Below the pieces are notes generated by a model. That model saw only the letters and a program-made list of their open reading frames with translations, searched no databases and was not told where the DNA came from. The position numbers and the translations under genes are program-made. A stretch of 40,650 bases of DNA from positions 1 to 40,650 of the forward strand of contig JAPPQJ010000021.1 of the NCBI GenBank assembly GCA_028817015.1, in the 5' to 3' direction. This stretch comes from Gammaproteobacteria bacterium. Lineage in GTDB: Bacteria; Pseudomonadota; Gammaproteobacteria; Arenicellales; Poriferihabitantaceae. Below are positions 19,554 through 28,246 of this stretch, piece after piece; positions within the stretch are counted from its first letter, which is position 1; each line of letters begins with the position of its first letter.

Positions 19554-20816
19554 ATGGCCATCAATCTAACCGAACTTAAGTCAAAATCCCCCACCGAGTT
19601 GATGGAGGCCGCGCGCGCGCTTCGGCTGGACAACATCACCCGCCTGCGCAAGCAGGACCAAATCTTCGCCATCCTCAAGGCGCAGGCGCGGCAGGGCGAA
19701 AGTGTCATGGGCGAGGGGGTGGTGGAAATCCTGCAGGACGGTTTCGGGTTCCTGCGCTCCGCGAAATCATCCTACCTGGCCGGCCCGGATGACATCTACA
19801 TGTCGGCCAGCCAGATTCGTCGTTTCGGCTTGCGCACCGGCGACACGGTGTCCGGGCAAATCCGCCCGCCCAAGGACTCGGAGCGGTATTTCGCGCTGCT
19901 GAAGGTTGAGAAAATCAACGGCCAGTCGCCGGAGGAGGCGCACCGCAAGGTGTTGTTCGAGAACCTCACACCGCTGCACCCCGACGAGCGCCTCAAAGTG
20001 GAGCGGGAAAACGGCACCACCGAGGACTTGACCGGCCGGGTCATCGACCTGGTCGCGCCCATCGGCAAGGGCCAGCGCGGCCTGATCGTTTCCGCCCCGA
20101 AGACCGGCAAGACCGTGATGCTGCAGCAAATCGCCCAGTCGGTTACCGCGATTAACCCTGAAGTCATCCTGATGGTGCTGCTCATCGACGAGCGCCCCGA
20201 GGAAGTCACCGAAATGGAGCGCACCGTGCGCGGCGAAGTCATCTCCTCGACCTTCGACGAGCCCGCGACCCGGCATGTGCAGGTCGCCGAAATGGTGATT
20301 GAGAAAGCCAAGCGCCTGGTCGAGCACAACAAGGATGTGGTCATCCTGCTGGATTCCATCACCCGCCTGGCGCGCGCCTACAACACCGTGGCGCCGGCCT
20401 CGGGCAAGGTGCTGACCGGCGGCATCGACGCCAACGCCATGCAGCGCCCCAAACGGTTTTTCGGCGCCGCGCGCAACATCGAGGAGGGCGGCAGTTTGAC
20501 CATCCTGGCGACCGCGCTCATCGACACCGGCTCGAAGATGGACGACATCATCTACGAGGAATTCAAGGGCACCGGCAACTTGGAGATCCACCTCGACCGG
20601 CGCATCTCGGAAAAGCGCGTTTACCCGGCCATCAACATCAACCGCTCCGGCACCCGGCGCGAAGAACTGCTCACCGGCCCGGCCGAACTGCAGAAAATAT
20701 GGCTGCTGCGCAAATTGCTGCATCCGATGGACGACCTGCAGGCGGTTGAATTCCTGATCGACAAACTCAAGGCCACCAAAACCAACGCCGAATTCATTAA
20801 ATCGATGAACCGGTAA
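19554..20816 (+). CDS. rho: Transcription termination factor Rho
   Basis: [63 protein letters not shown]. Confidence 0.98.
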   Translation: MAINLTELKSKSPTELMEAARALRLDNITRLRKQDQIFAILKAQARQGESVMGEGVVEILQDGFGFLRSAKSSYLAGPDDIYMSASQIRRFGLRTGDTVSGQIRPPKDSERYFALLKVEKINGQSPEEAHRKVLFENLTPLHPDERLKVERENGTTEDLTGRVIDLVAPIGKGQRGLIVSAPKTGKTVMLQQIAQSVTAINPEVILMVLLIDERPEEVTEMERTVRGEVISSTFDEPATRHVQVAEMVIEKAKRLVEHNKDVVILLDSITRLARAYNTVAPASGKVLTGGIDANAMQRPKRFFGAARNIEEGGSLTILATALIDTGSKMDDIIYEEFKGTGNLEIHLDRRISEKRVYPAININRSGTRREELLTGPAELQKIWLLRKLLHPMDDLQAVEFLIDKLKATKTNAEFIKSMNR

Positions 20817-20877
20817 CCGGCAACGGCCTCCCTCCCGCCACCGCCGTGCGCCGATTGAGGGTGAACCGGGCGCCGGG

Positions 20878-21153
20878 TCAGAAGTATTGACGGCGTTTGA
20901 GGATGCGCACCAGGGGATTTGTGGATGTCTCGACCAAATTGACGGAAAGGCCGTTGTCGGGCTTTTGACCGGCCATCGCCAGGCAGCGGGTGATGGGTGT
21001 GGGTTTGTGAAACGGATGCGTTCTGACTTTCAATCCGGCCCATGCGAAGAGGTGATACTCCACCTGCGCCAGGAGATAATTGCCATGATAACTGATTGGC
21101 AGCAAATATATGCGCAACGCATCGGTTGTCAAGGTCAAGTCGGCCCGTTCCAT
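20878..21153 (-). CDS. Hypothetical protein (91 aa), lower-GC orphan
   Basis: Open frame MERADLTLTT...KRRQYF. The overlapping + strand ORF reads like an antisense shadow. No recognisable domain. Confidence 0.35.
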   Translation of the reverse strand: MERADLTLTTDALRIYLLPISYHGNYLLAQVEYHLFAWAGLKVRTHPFHKPTPITRCLAMAGQKPDNGLSVNLVETSTNPLVRILKRRQYF

Positions 21154-21408
21154 TCTCCAATCCCACGGCACTCATCTCGCCGCATTGGCCGGCTTCAGCC
21201 ACCGCCATGCCTGACGCCGGTGCGCCGGAAACCCCCAAACCGGATGACCTCCACGGGGCATTATCGGCACCTGACCGAGGCCACCGGACGGGGTTTTGCG
21301 CGTATTGGCCCGTGCTTGATGCGCAACCGCTTTTTTTTATATGATCGGCGTTATTCGTTAACTGCGATTTTGGCGATTAACCCGAACAAATAATCTCGAG
21401 GGCATACG

Positions 21409-21612
21409 ATGAAACCAGGCATTCATCCCGACTATCATGATCTTAAGGTAGCGTGCGCGTGCGGCAATCGCTTTGAAACCAAATCCACCCTGAGCGAGGA
21501 ACTGCATGTGGAAATCTGCTCGGCCTGCCATCCGTTCTACACCGGCAAGCAGAAGATCGTTGACACCGCCGGGCGGGTGGGGAAATTCAAGGCAAAATAC
21601 CGCCGCCAATAG
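21409..21612 (+). CDS. rpmE: 50S ribosomal protein L31, zinc-binding type
   Basis: MKPGIHPDY...CACGN.FET.ST......[25 protein letters not shown]. Confidence 0.97.
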   Translation: MKPGIHPDYHDLKVACACGNRFETKSTLSEELHVEICSACHPFYTGKQKIVDTAGRVGKFKAKYRRQ

Positions 21613-21665
21613 CAAAGCGGGCGGCGGAGCGGCCGTTCGGCGTGAACGGTTCCGGGTGTCGTCGG

Positions 21666-22505
21666 ATGTTTCAACTGCGCCGTCTCACGCTGTGGCACGG
21701 GGCTGCGGTTGGCGCTCTGTTTGGCGTTTTCTCCGGCGTTGTTTTGGCTCAAGGCGCCGGCCCGGCTTCCGCCGACGGGCTTGTTATGGTCACCCATGTG
21801 ATTGACGGCGACACCGTAGAGATCGAAGGCGGCGAAAGAGTGCGGCTGCTCGGCATCGACACGCCCGAAGACAAACGCATCCGCAAGAGCAAAGACGGCG
21901 GCAAACGCCTGGTGCCGGCGCAACCGTTCTTCATCGAAGCCAAGCGCCTGCTGCGCGAACTGGTGGCGAAACAGCGGGTAAGAATCGCGGTCGGCGCGGA
22001 GTCGGTCGGCTATTATGGCCGCACCATCGCCCAACTCCACCTGCCCGACGGAACCGATGTGCAGCAAGCGCTGCTCCGGCGCGGCTACGCGATGGTGGTC
22101 GCCTATCCGCCCAATATCGCACACCTGCAGGACTACGGCGCCACCGAGGCCGAAGCCTGCCGCGCCGGCCGCGGCCTTTGGGGGCACCCGCATTTTGCGC
22201 TGCAAACCCTCGAAGATGGCGCGGCCATCCGAAGCGGGCTGGGGCGCGTGGTCGGCACGGTCACGGCGGTGGCGCGCCGCAACAACGATGTTCGTTTGAA
22301 TCTCGACGGCCGCTTGACGCTGCTGATTTACCGCGGCGCGTGGCGCAAATTCTGGCGCGGCCGGGCCGAAGACCTGATGGGCCGGCGCCTCATTGCGCGC
22401 GGCAGAATTAAATCCGCGGGCCGGCGCCACATTCTGCGAATCCGTCATCCTTTCATGCTGAGGGAGCGCGAATGCGCGGCGTGGCGGCCGGCGGCAAACC
22501 ACTGA
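21666..22505 (+). CDS. Thermonuclease (SNase) family protein with N-terminal hydrophobic segment and C-terminal OB-like extension
   Basis: VIDGDTV, VRLLGIDTPE, YGRT.A, LLRRGYA, E.EA..AGRGLW. Confidence 0.85.
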   Translation: MFQLRRLTLWHGAAVGALFGVFSGVVLAQGAGPASADGLVMVTHVIDGDTVEIEGGERVRLLGIDTPEDKRIRKSKDGGKRLVPAQPFFIEAKRLLRELVAKQRVRIAVGAESVGYYGRTIAQLHLPDGTDVQQALLRRGYAMVVAYPPNIAHLQDYGATEAEACRAGRGLWGHPHFALQTLEDGAAIRSGLGRVVGTVTAVARRNNDVRLNLDGRLTLLIYRGAWRKFWRGRAEDLMGRRLIARGRIKSAGRRHILRIRHPFMLRERECAAWRPAANH

Positions 22506-23801
22506 ATGCCGATGAACGACAGCGACCTCAACAGCGACCTTTTTAAGCGCGCCGGACGAGTCATTCCCGGCGGCGTGAATTCGCCGGTGCGCGCCTTTTA
22601 TGCGGTCGGTGGCGCTCCGGTTTTCGTCCGCCGGGCCGAAGGCGCGCACCTCATCGGCGAAGACGGCACGCGCTATATCGACTATGTCGGCTCCTGGGGG
22701 CCGATGATTATCGGCCACGCCGACCGCCGAATCCTGGAGGCAGTCGGGGCGCGCATGGCGCGCGGCCTTAGTTTCGGCGCGCCGACCATGCTGGAGACCC
22801 GCATGGCGGAGGCCATTTGCGCGCGGCTGCCGTGGGTGGAACAGGTGCGGATGGTCAATTCCGGCACCGAAGCGACCATGAGCGCGATTCGCCTGGCCCG
22901 CGGCCACACCGGGCGCGACAAAATCGTCAAGTTCGAGGGTTGCTACCACGGCCACGCCGACAGCCTGCTGGTCAAGGCCGGCTCCGGTGCGCTGACCTCC
23001 GGGGTGCCCACTTCCCTCGGTGTGCCGGAGGCCGTCGCCCGGCATACGCTGACCGCGAATTTCAACGACCTGGATTCCCTGGACGCGATTTTTTCGCAGG
23101 CCGGCGCGCATATCGCGGCGGTCATCATCGAGCCGGTGGCCGGCAACATGGGCTGCGTCCCGCCGCTGCCGGGATTTCTGGAAGGCGTGCGCCGGCGGTG
23201 CGACGACGCGGGGAGTTTGCTGATTATGGACGAAGTGATGACCGGCTTCCGGGTCGGCCCGCAGGGTGCGCAGGGGTTATACGGCGTGCGCGGCGACCTC
23301 ACCGTGTTGGGCAAAATCATCGGCGGCGGCATGCCGGTCGGCGCATTCGGTGGCGCGGCCGGCATCATGGCCGGCCTGGCCCCGCAGGGCGGCGTCTATC
23401 AGGCCGGCACCCTGTCCGGCAATCCGGTGGCGATGGCGGCCGGCCTGGCCACCCTGGAAATCGCCGCCGGGGACGATTTCTACCGCCAACTCGACGCCCG
23501 CACCGCGCGTTTAGTCGGCGGATTCCTGGATGCGGCGGCGCGCGCCGGCGTGGCGTTGCGCGCCAACCGCGCCGGGTCGATGTTCGGGCTGTTTTTTACC
23601 GACCGGGAAGCGGTGAATTCATTCGCCGATGTGAGCGCATGCGACGCCGGGCGTTTCAAGCGGTTTTTTCACGGCATGCTGGAAGGCGGGGTCTATCTGG
23701 CGCCGTCGCCGTTTGAAGCCGGGTTCGTGTCCGCCGCCCACTGTGATGCGGACATCGAGCGGACCATCGAGGTGGCGCGGGCGGTGTTCGCCGGGTTGTA
23801 G
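22506..23801 (+). CDS. hemL: Glutamate-1-semialdehyde 2,1-aminomutase
   Basis: [81 protein letters not shown]. Confidence 0.97.
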   Translation: MPMNDSDLNSDLFKRAGRVIPGGVNSPVRAFYAVGGAPVFVRRAEGAHLIGEDGTRYIDYVGSWGPMIIGHADRRILEAVGARMARGLSFGAPTMLETRMAEAICARLPWVEQVRMVNSGTEATMSAIRLARGHTGRDKIVKFEGCYHGHADSLLVKAGSGALTSGVPTSLGVPEAVARHTLTANFNDLDSLDAIFSQAGAHIAAVIIEPVAGNMGCVPPLPGFLEGVRRRCDDAGSLLIMDEVMTGFRVGPQGAQGLYGVRGDLTVLGKIIGGGMPVGAFGGAAGIMAGLAPQGGVYQAGTLSGNPVAMAAGLATLEIAAGDDFYRQLDARTARLVGGFLDAAARAGVALRANRAGSMFGLFFTDREAVNSFADVSACDAGRFKRFFHGMLEGGVYLAPSPFEAGFVSAAHCDADIERTIEVARAVFAGL

Positions 23802-23829
23802 CGGCGCCGGGCGGCGCGGCGGTCGCAGG

Positions 23830-25002
23830 TCAGCCCGGATACCACAGCGTGATGCGCCGGAACCAGTTGAAGCGCGCCAGGCGCCGATTCAACTCATCTT
23901 GCAGCGCCCGCCGCTCGGCCGCGGTCAAATCGCCGCCGCTTGCGAACAATTCCACCTCGATTCGCTCGTGCAGGTAGTGCAGCGCGAGATGCCCGCGCCG
24001 CATGCCGCCGCCGGCCGCCTGCAGCGCCTCGTCAACCCGCGCCGTGACTTCCGCGCGCAACGGCAGCCGCGCGGCGTGGCGGGGGTCGTCGTCGTGTTCG
24101 GTGTCGATGTGGAAGATGATGTGGCCGATGGAGTGGAATTCCCGCAGCAGTTTCATCATCACGCAGTCGCCAAGGTGGTGGCTTTCGGACACGCTGAGAT
24201 AGGGCGCGACCTGCAAATGCAGTTCCAGCAGGATTTTTGAGCCCATTCGCCGCGACTTGAAACTATGCACGCCGCGGATGCCCTCCACGCCCAACGCCGC
24301 ATCGGTGAAGGCGCGCAAATCGGCCGGGTCAACCGCGGTATCGACCAGTTCGCGCAGCGCCTTGTGGCTCAACTTCCAGCCAATGGCGGCGATGAAGCCG
24401 GCCACCACCACGGCCCCCAAACTGTCCAGCCACGCGAAGCCCAGCATGGCGCCGCCGACCCCGGCGAACACCACCAGCGATGACCACGCATCGGAGCGGC
24501 TGTGCCAGGCGTTGGCGATGAGCAAATCCGACTCCAGGCGGCGCGCTACGCGGCGGGTGTAGCGGAAAATCCACTCCTTGGCGGCGATGGAGAGCAGCGC
24601 CACCGCCAGCGCCGGCCAGCCCGGGGCCTCGGCCGCCTCGCCCGCCAGCAGGCGCGCGCCGCTTTGATACGCCAGGCCTGCCGCAACCGCCAGCAGCAGC
24701 AAGCCGAGGAACACCGTGCCGAGGGTTTCGAAACGCGCGTGTCCGTAAGGATGTTCGGCGTCCGCCTCGGCCCCGGCAACCCTGACCAGCGCCAGCACCA
24801 TGAAATCGGTCAGCAAATCCGACAGCGAGTGGATGCCGTCGGCGATGAGCGCCTGCGAGAGGAACAGCCAGCCAACCACCATTTTGGTCAGCCCCAATAC
24901 GCCGTCCACCACCGCCCCAACCCAGGTGACGCGCATTGCATCACGGGAGAGGTCCCCGGCGCCCGGGGCGCGTTCAAGCGGGGGTGGGTGGTGGCGCATC
25001 AT
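23830..25002 (-). CDS. Cation diffusion facilitator transporter (FieF-like) with C-terminal extension
   Basis: SQALIADGIHSLSD, D.EHPYGHARFE, ANAWHSRSD, ELVD, SRRMG...ELH.QV..LSVSE.H. Confidence 0.9.
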   Translation of the reverse strand: MMRHHPPPLERAPGAGDLSRDAMRVTWVGAVVDGVLGLTKMVVGWLFLSQALIADGIHSLSDLLTDFMVLALVRVAGAEADAEHPYGHARFETLGTVFLGLLLLAVAAGLAYQSGARLLAGEAAEAPGWPALAVALLSIAAKEWIFRYTRRVARRLESDLLIANAWHSRSDAWSSLVVFAGVGGAMLGFAWLDSLGAVVVAGFIAAIGWKLSHKALRELVDTAVDPADLRAFTDAALGVEGIRGVHSFKSRRMGSKILLELHLQVAPYLSVSESHHLGDCVMMKLLREFHSIGHIIFHIDTEHDDDPRHAARLPLRAEVTARVDEALQAAGGGMRRGHLALHYLHERIEVELFASGGDLTAAERRALQDELNRRLARFNWFRRITLWYPG

Positions 25003-25136
25003 CAGGGTGTGAGGGTGCCGCGATGGCGGTGATTATCGCCGATTCCCGCGCTGCCCGGTTTTTATTCGGGGCAAAGTAAAATATAGTCGCTGTTTGGCTC
25101 CAAAGCCTCCCATCAACCGACAGCCGCACCGACATC

Positions 25137-26276
25137 ATGCCAGACAGCGCCATCTACCGGGAACTGACCCGCTGGGCCGGGGAAAACGCCTGGATCGTGC
25201 AGGTGTTCGTGGTGGTGTTTGCGGCCCTGCTGTGCAGTTTTCTGCTGCGCCGCGTGCTGAAACGGCTGCACGAGAGGCTGAAAACAACGGCCAATCTGTG
25301 GGATGACGCGCTGATCTCCGCGATGCAGGGGCCGGCGTTGCTGCTGGTGTGGGTGGTCGGCCTGACCTTCGCGGTGGATATCGTCTATGCCCAGACTCGC
25401 GCTGCGATCTTCACCGCGGTCGGGCCACTCCGGCAGGTCGGCGTGGTTTGCGCGATCACCTGGTTCCTGATGCGCCTGACCCGGCACTTGCAAGACCGGA
25501 TCATCGCTCGCCGGCAAAGCGGGGAAGGGCGCCTGGATGCGGCCACCGCCGATGCGCTCGGCAAGCTGCTGCGCGCCTCTATTCTGATCACCGCCGGCCT
25601 GGTCGCCCTGCAAACCTTGGGCTTTAGCGTCTCCGGCATCCTCGCCTTCGGCGGCATTGGCGGCATCGCCATCGGTTTTGCCGCCAGGGATTTGCTGGCC
25701 AACTTCTTCGGCGGGCTGATGCTGTATCTCGACCGCCCGTTTGCAGTGGGCGACTGGGTGCGCTCGCCGGACCGCAACATCGAGGGTGCGGTCGAGCACA
25801 TCGGCTGGCGGCTGACCCGCATTCGCTCCTTTGACAAGCGCCCGATCTACATCCCCAACGGGGTGTTTTCGACCCTGGTCATCGTCAACCCGTCGCGCAT
25901 GACCCACCGCCAACTATACGAGACCATCGGTATTCGCTACCGCGACGCCGACAAGATGGCGGCGATCGTGGCCGATGTGGCGGCGCTGCTCAAACGCCAT
26001 CCGGGCATCGACCCATCGCAGGCGATCATGGTCCATTTCACCCGCTTCGCCCCTTCATCCCTGGACTTCTTCGTCTGCGCGCATACCCACACCACCGTGT
26101 GGGCGGAGTTTAACCAGGTTAAACAAGACATCCTGCTCCAGATCAACGACATTATCGCCGCCCACGGCGCGCAAATCGCCTTCCCGACATCGACCCTGGA
26201 TTTGCCCGATGCGGTGCGCCTGGTCTCCGGCGGCCAAGCGAGCGAGAGCGGTCCGCTGCCGCCGCAGGGGGATTGA
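25137..26276 (+). CDS. Small-conductance mechanosensitive channel (MscS family, YnaI-like)
   Basis: LAFGGIGGIAIGFAARDLLANFFGG, DRPFAVGDWVRSPDRNIEG.VE.IGWRLT.IR.FDKRP.YIPN, IAFPTST. Confidence 0.92.
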   Translation: MPDSAIYRELTRWAGENAWIVQVFVVVFAALLCSFLLRRVLKRLHERLKTTANLWDDALISAMQGPALLLVWVVGLTFAVDIVYAQTRAAIFTAVGPLRQVGVVCAITWFLMRLTRHLQDRIIARRQSGEGRLDAATADALGKLLRASILITAGLVALQTLGFSVSGILAFGGIGGIAIGFAARDLLANFFGGLMLYLDRPFAVGDWVRSPDRNIEGAVEHIGWRLTRIRSFDKRPIYIPNGVFSTLVIVNPSRMTHRQLYETIGIRYRDADKMAAIVADVAALLKRHPGIDPSQAIMVHFTRFAPSSLDFFVCAHTHTTVWAEFNQVKQDILLQINDIIAAHGAQIAFPTSTLDLPDAVRLVSGGQASESGPLPPQGD

Positions 26277-26282
26277 GGCGGC

Positions 26283-26567
26283 GTGGCCGGAACGCAGTGG
26301 AAGGCGGTGCATTTCATCGTCAGCGGGCGGGTGCAGGGCGTCGGATTTCGCCACGCGGCCCGGCGCAAGGCCGGGCAACTGGGGTTGTCCGGCTGGGTGG
26401 CGAATCGGCCGAACGGCGATGTCGAAGCGGTGGCGCACGGCGATGCGGCACGGCTGGGCCGGTTCGAGGCCTGGCTGCGGGTCGGCCCGCAATATGCGCG
26501 CGTCGACCGGGTCGAGGCGACGCCGGCCGCCGCCGGGCCGGTCGGTGATTTCCACATCCGCTTATAA
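26283..26567 (+). CDS. acyP: Acylphosphatase
   Basis: VSGRVQGVGFR, GL.GWV.N.PNG.VE.VA.G, WL..GP..ARV..VE. Confidence 0.9.
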   Translation: MAGTQWKAVHFIVSGRVQGVGFRHAARRKAGQLGLSGWVANRPNGDVEAVAHGDAARLGRFEAWLRVGPQYARVDRVEATPAAAGPVGDFHIRL

Positions 26568-26598
26568 TCACCGGCAATTTCCGACCGGGCATCGGGTT

Positions 26599-27252
26599 AT
26601 GAAACTGGTTATCTTAGGCGCTCCGGGCGCCGGCAAGGGCACCATCGCCAAACTGCTGTCGGCCGTGGACGGCTCGGTGCAGATATCGACCGGCGACATT
26701 CTGCGCGGCGCCATCGAGTCGGGCAGTGAATGGGGGCGCCAGGCGCAGGCCTATATGAGCCGCGGGGAATTGGCGCCGGATGCGTTGATTATGGAGGTCA
26801 TGGAAGCGCGGCTGCAACAGCCGGACTGTGAAAACGGCTTCCTGCTGGACGGTTTCCCGCGCACCATCCCGCAGGCGCAGGCGTTGCACCAATTGTTCGA
26901 CAAACTGGGCATCACGCTCGACCTGGCGCTTAACATCGAAGTGCCCCGGGACGTGGTTCTGGAACGCCTGACCACCCGCCGCACCTGCGAAAACCCGGAG
27001 TGCCAGGCAATCTACAACATTAAGAGCAAACCGCCCGCGCGCGAGGGAGTCTGCGACAAATGCGGCAGTGCGGTGGTGCAGCGCGACGATGAAACCGAAG
27101 CGGCCATCAACCGGCGCCTGCAAACCTACACGGAAAAAACCGCGCCGCTCATCGGGTTTTACCGGCAGCGCGGGCTGTTGCTGACCACGCCATCCACCTC
27201 CAGCGAGGAGGTGGTCGCAGCGGTAACCGGGCGGCTTGGTTCAGCGCATTGA
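26599..27252 (+). CDS. adk: Adenylate kinase with Cys4 (zinc-type) LID
   Basis: GAPGAGKGT, ISTGDILR, GFLLDGFPRT..QA, LID CENPEC-x16-CDKC, QRDDE. Confidence 0.95.
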   Translation: MKLVILGAPGAGKGTIAKLLSAVDGSVQISTGDILRGAIESGSEWGRQAQAYMSRGELAPDALIMEVMEARLQQPDCENGFLLDGFPRTIPQAQALHQLFDKLGITLDLALNIEVPRDVVLERLTTRRTCENPECQAIYNIKSKPPAREGVCDKCGSAVVQRDDETEAAINRRLQTYTEKTAPLIGFYRQRGLLLTTPSTSSEEVVAAVTGRLGSAH

Positions 27253-27286
27253 TAACGCGCCGGGGCCGGGAAGCCGCCGCCCGCCG

Positions 27287-27667
27287 CTACTCCATGCCCG
27301 CTTCCGCCATCACCTTGCGGGCCACGCGAAAACATTCCAGGGACTGGGGCACGCCGCAGTAGATCGCGATGACATGGATGATGGCGCGCAGTTGTTCCCG
27401 GGTGACGCCGTTGCCGATGGCGCCGCGGCAGTGCAGTTCCCATTCATGCATTTTGCCGAGCGCGCCGATCATCGCCAGGTTCATCATTGAGCGGGTTCTG
27501 GCGTCGATGCAGTCGTCGCCCCAGCCGAAGCCCCAGCACCATTCGGTCATCATTTCCTGAAACGGCCGCGAGAAATCATCCGACTCCGCCAGGGTTTTTT
27601 CCACATAGTTGGCGCCTAAGGTGGCCTTGCGCCGGGCCACGCCGAGTTCAAATCGCTGCTTGTCCAC
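27287..27667 (-). CDS. Carboxymuconolactone decarboxylase / AhpD-like family protein
   Basis: FE.G...RK.TLG..YV, F..PFQE..TE.CWG..W, RS.MNLAM..AL, E.ELH.RGA..NGVT, AIYCGVP. GTG 27667 after GGAGG. Confidence 0.85.
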   Translation of the reverse strand: MDKQRFELGVARRKATLGANYVEKTLAESDDFSRPFQEMMTEWCWGFGWGDDCIDARTRSMMNLAMIGALGKMHEWELHCRGAIGNGVTREQLRAIIHVIAIYCGVPQSLECFRVARKVMAEAGME

Positions 27668-27697
27668 GTGCACCTCCACAGTTGATAAGGGCGGGCG

Positions 27698-27726
27698 ATT
27701 ATGTCATCCCCGCGCTGTTTGGCCAA
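27698..27726 (-). promoter_or_regulatory. Putative sigma70 promoter of the CMD-family gene
   Basis: Minus strand TTGGCC (27726-27721), 17 nt, CATAAT (27703-27698). Confidence 0.35.
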
Positions 27727-27902
27727 TTCGCCGCCCTCTCGTTGACCGAAGGTTGGCGTTGGCGCCGCTTCGACCGGCCGCTGCGACACGCTATGCCGCG
27801 GCCAGGGCCGTCTGCCTGGCCGGCGTGCCCGTTGCCGGGCGCCTCATCCGCCGGTCACCGCCAGCCCCTGCCGGGCGGAGATTGGAAAGCGCAAAGCGCG
27901 CG

Positions 27903-28118
27903 TCAGTATTGGCGCTTGCGCCGCGCTTTCTGCCGGGACACGCGCTTCTTTTCCCGGCGAACGGCGATGTCGTTGTCGCGCTTGCGAATGGCGGTGGGTT
28001 TTTCGTAACACTGGCGGCGGCGCGCTTCGGTGAACACGCCGGCGCGCTCGCAGGTTCGGCGAAATCTCCGCAATATCACATCGAACGGCTCATTTTGCCG
28101 AACTTGGACGGATGGCAC
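27903..28118 (-). CDS. rpsU: 30S ribosomal protein S21
   Basis: [37 protein letters not shown], 71 aa. GTG start after AAGGAG. Confidence 0.93.
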   Translation of the reverse strand: MPSVQVRQNEPFDVILRRFRRTCERAGVFTEARRRQCYEKPTAIRKRDNDIAVRREKKRVSRQKARRKRQY

Positions 28119-28246
28119 AGGCTCTCCTTCGGGATGCTGACAAAAGCGGCATTATACAACGCATGCAAGCGGCGCGCACAGACCGCCGCCGTTGCGCAAG
28201 GGGTTGCCATGCCGGGAAAGCCGCCCTTCCCTCCGCCAATCCCGCC

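Noticed and set aside
25975-27252. 425 aa ORF suggesting an Adk fusion
   Set aside because: The extension overlaps MscS and acyP. Adk homology starts at ATG 26599.
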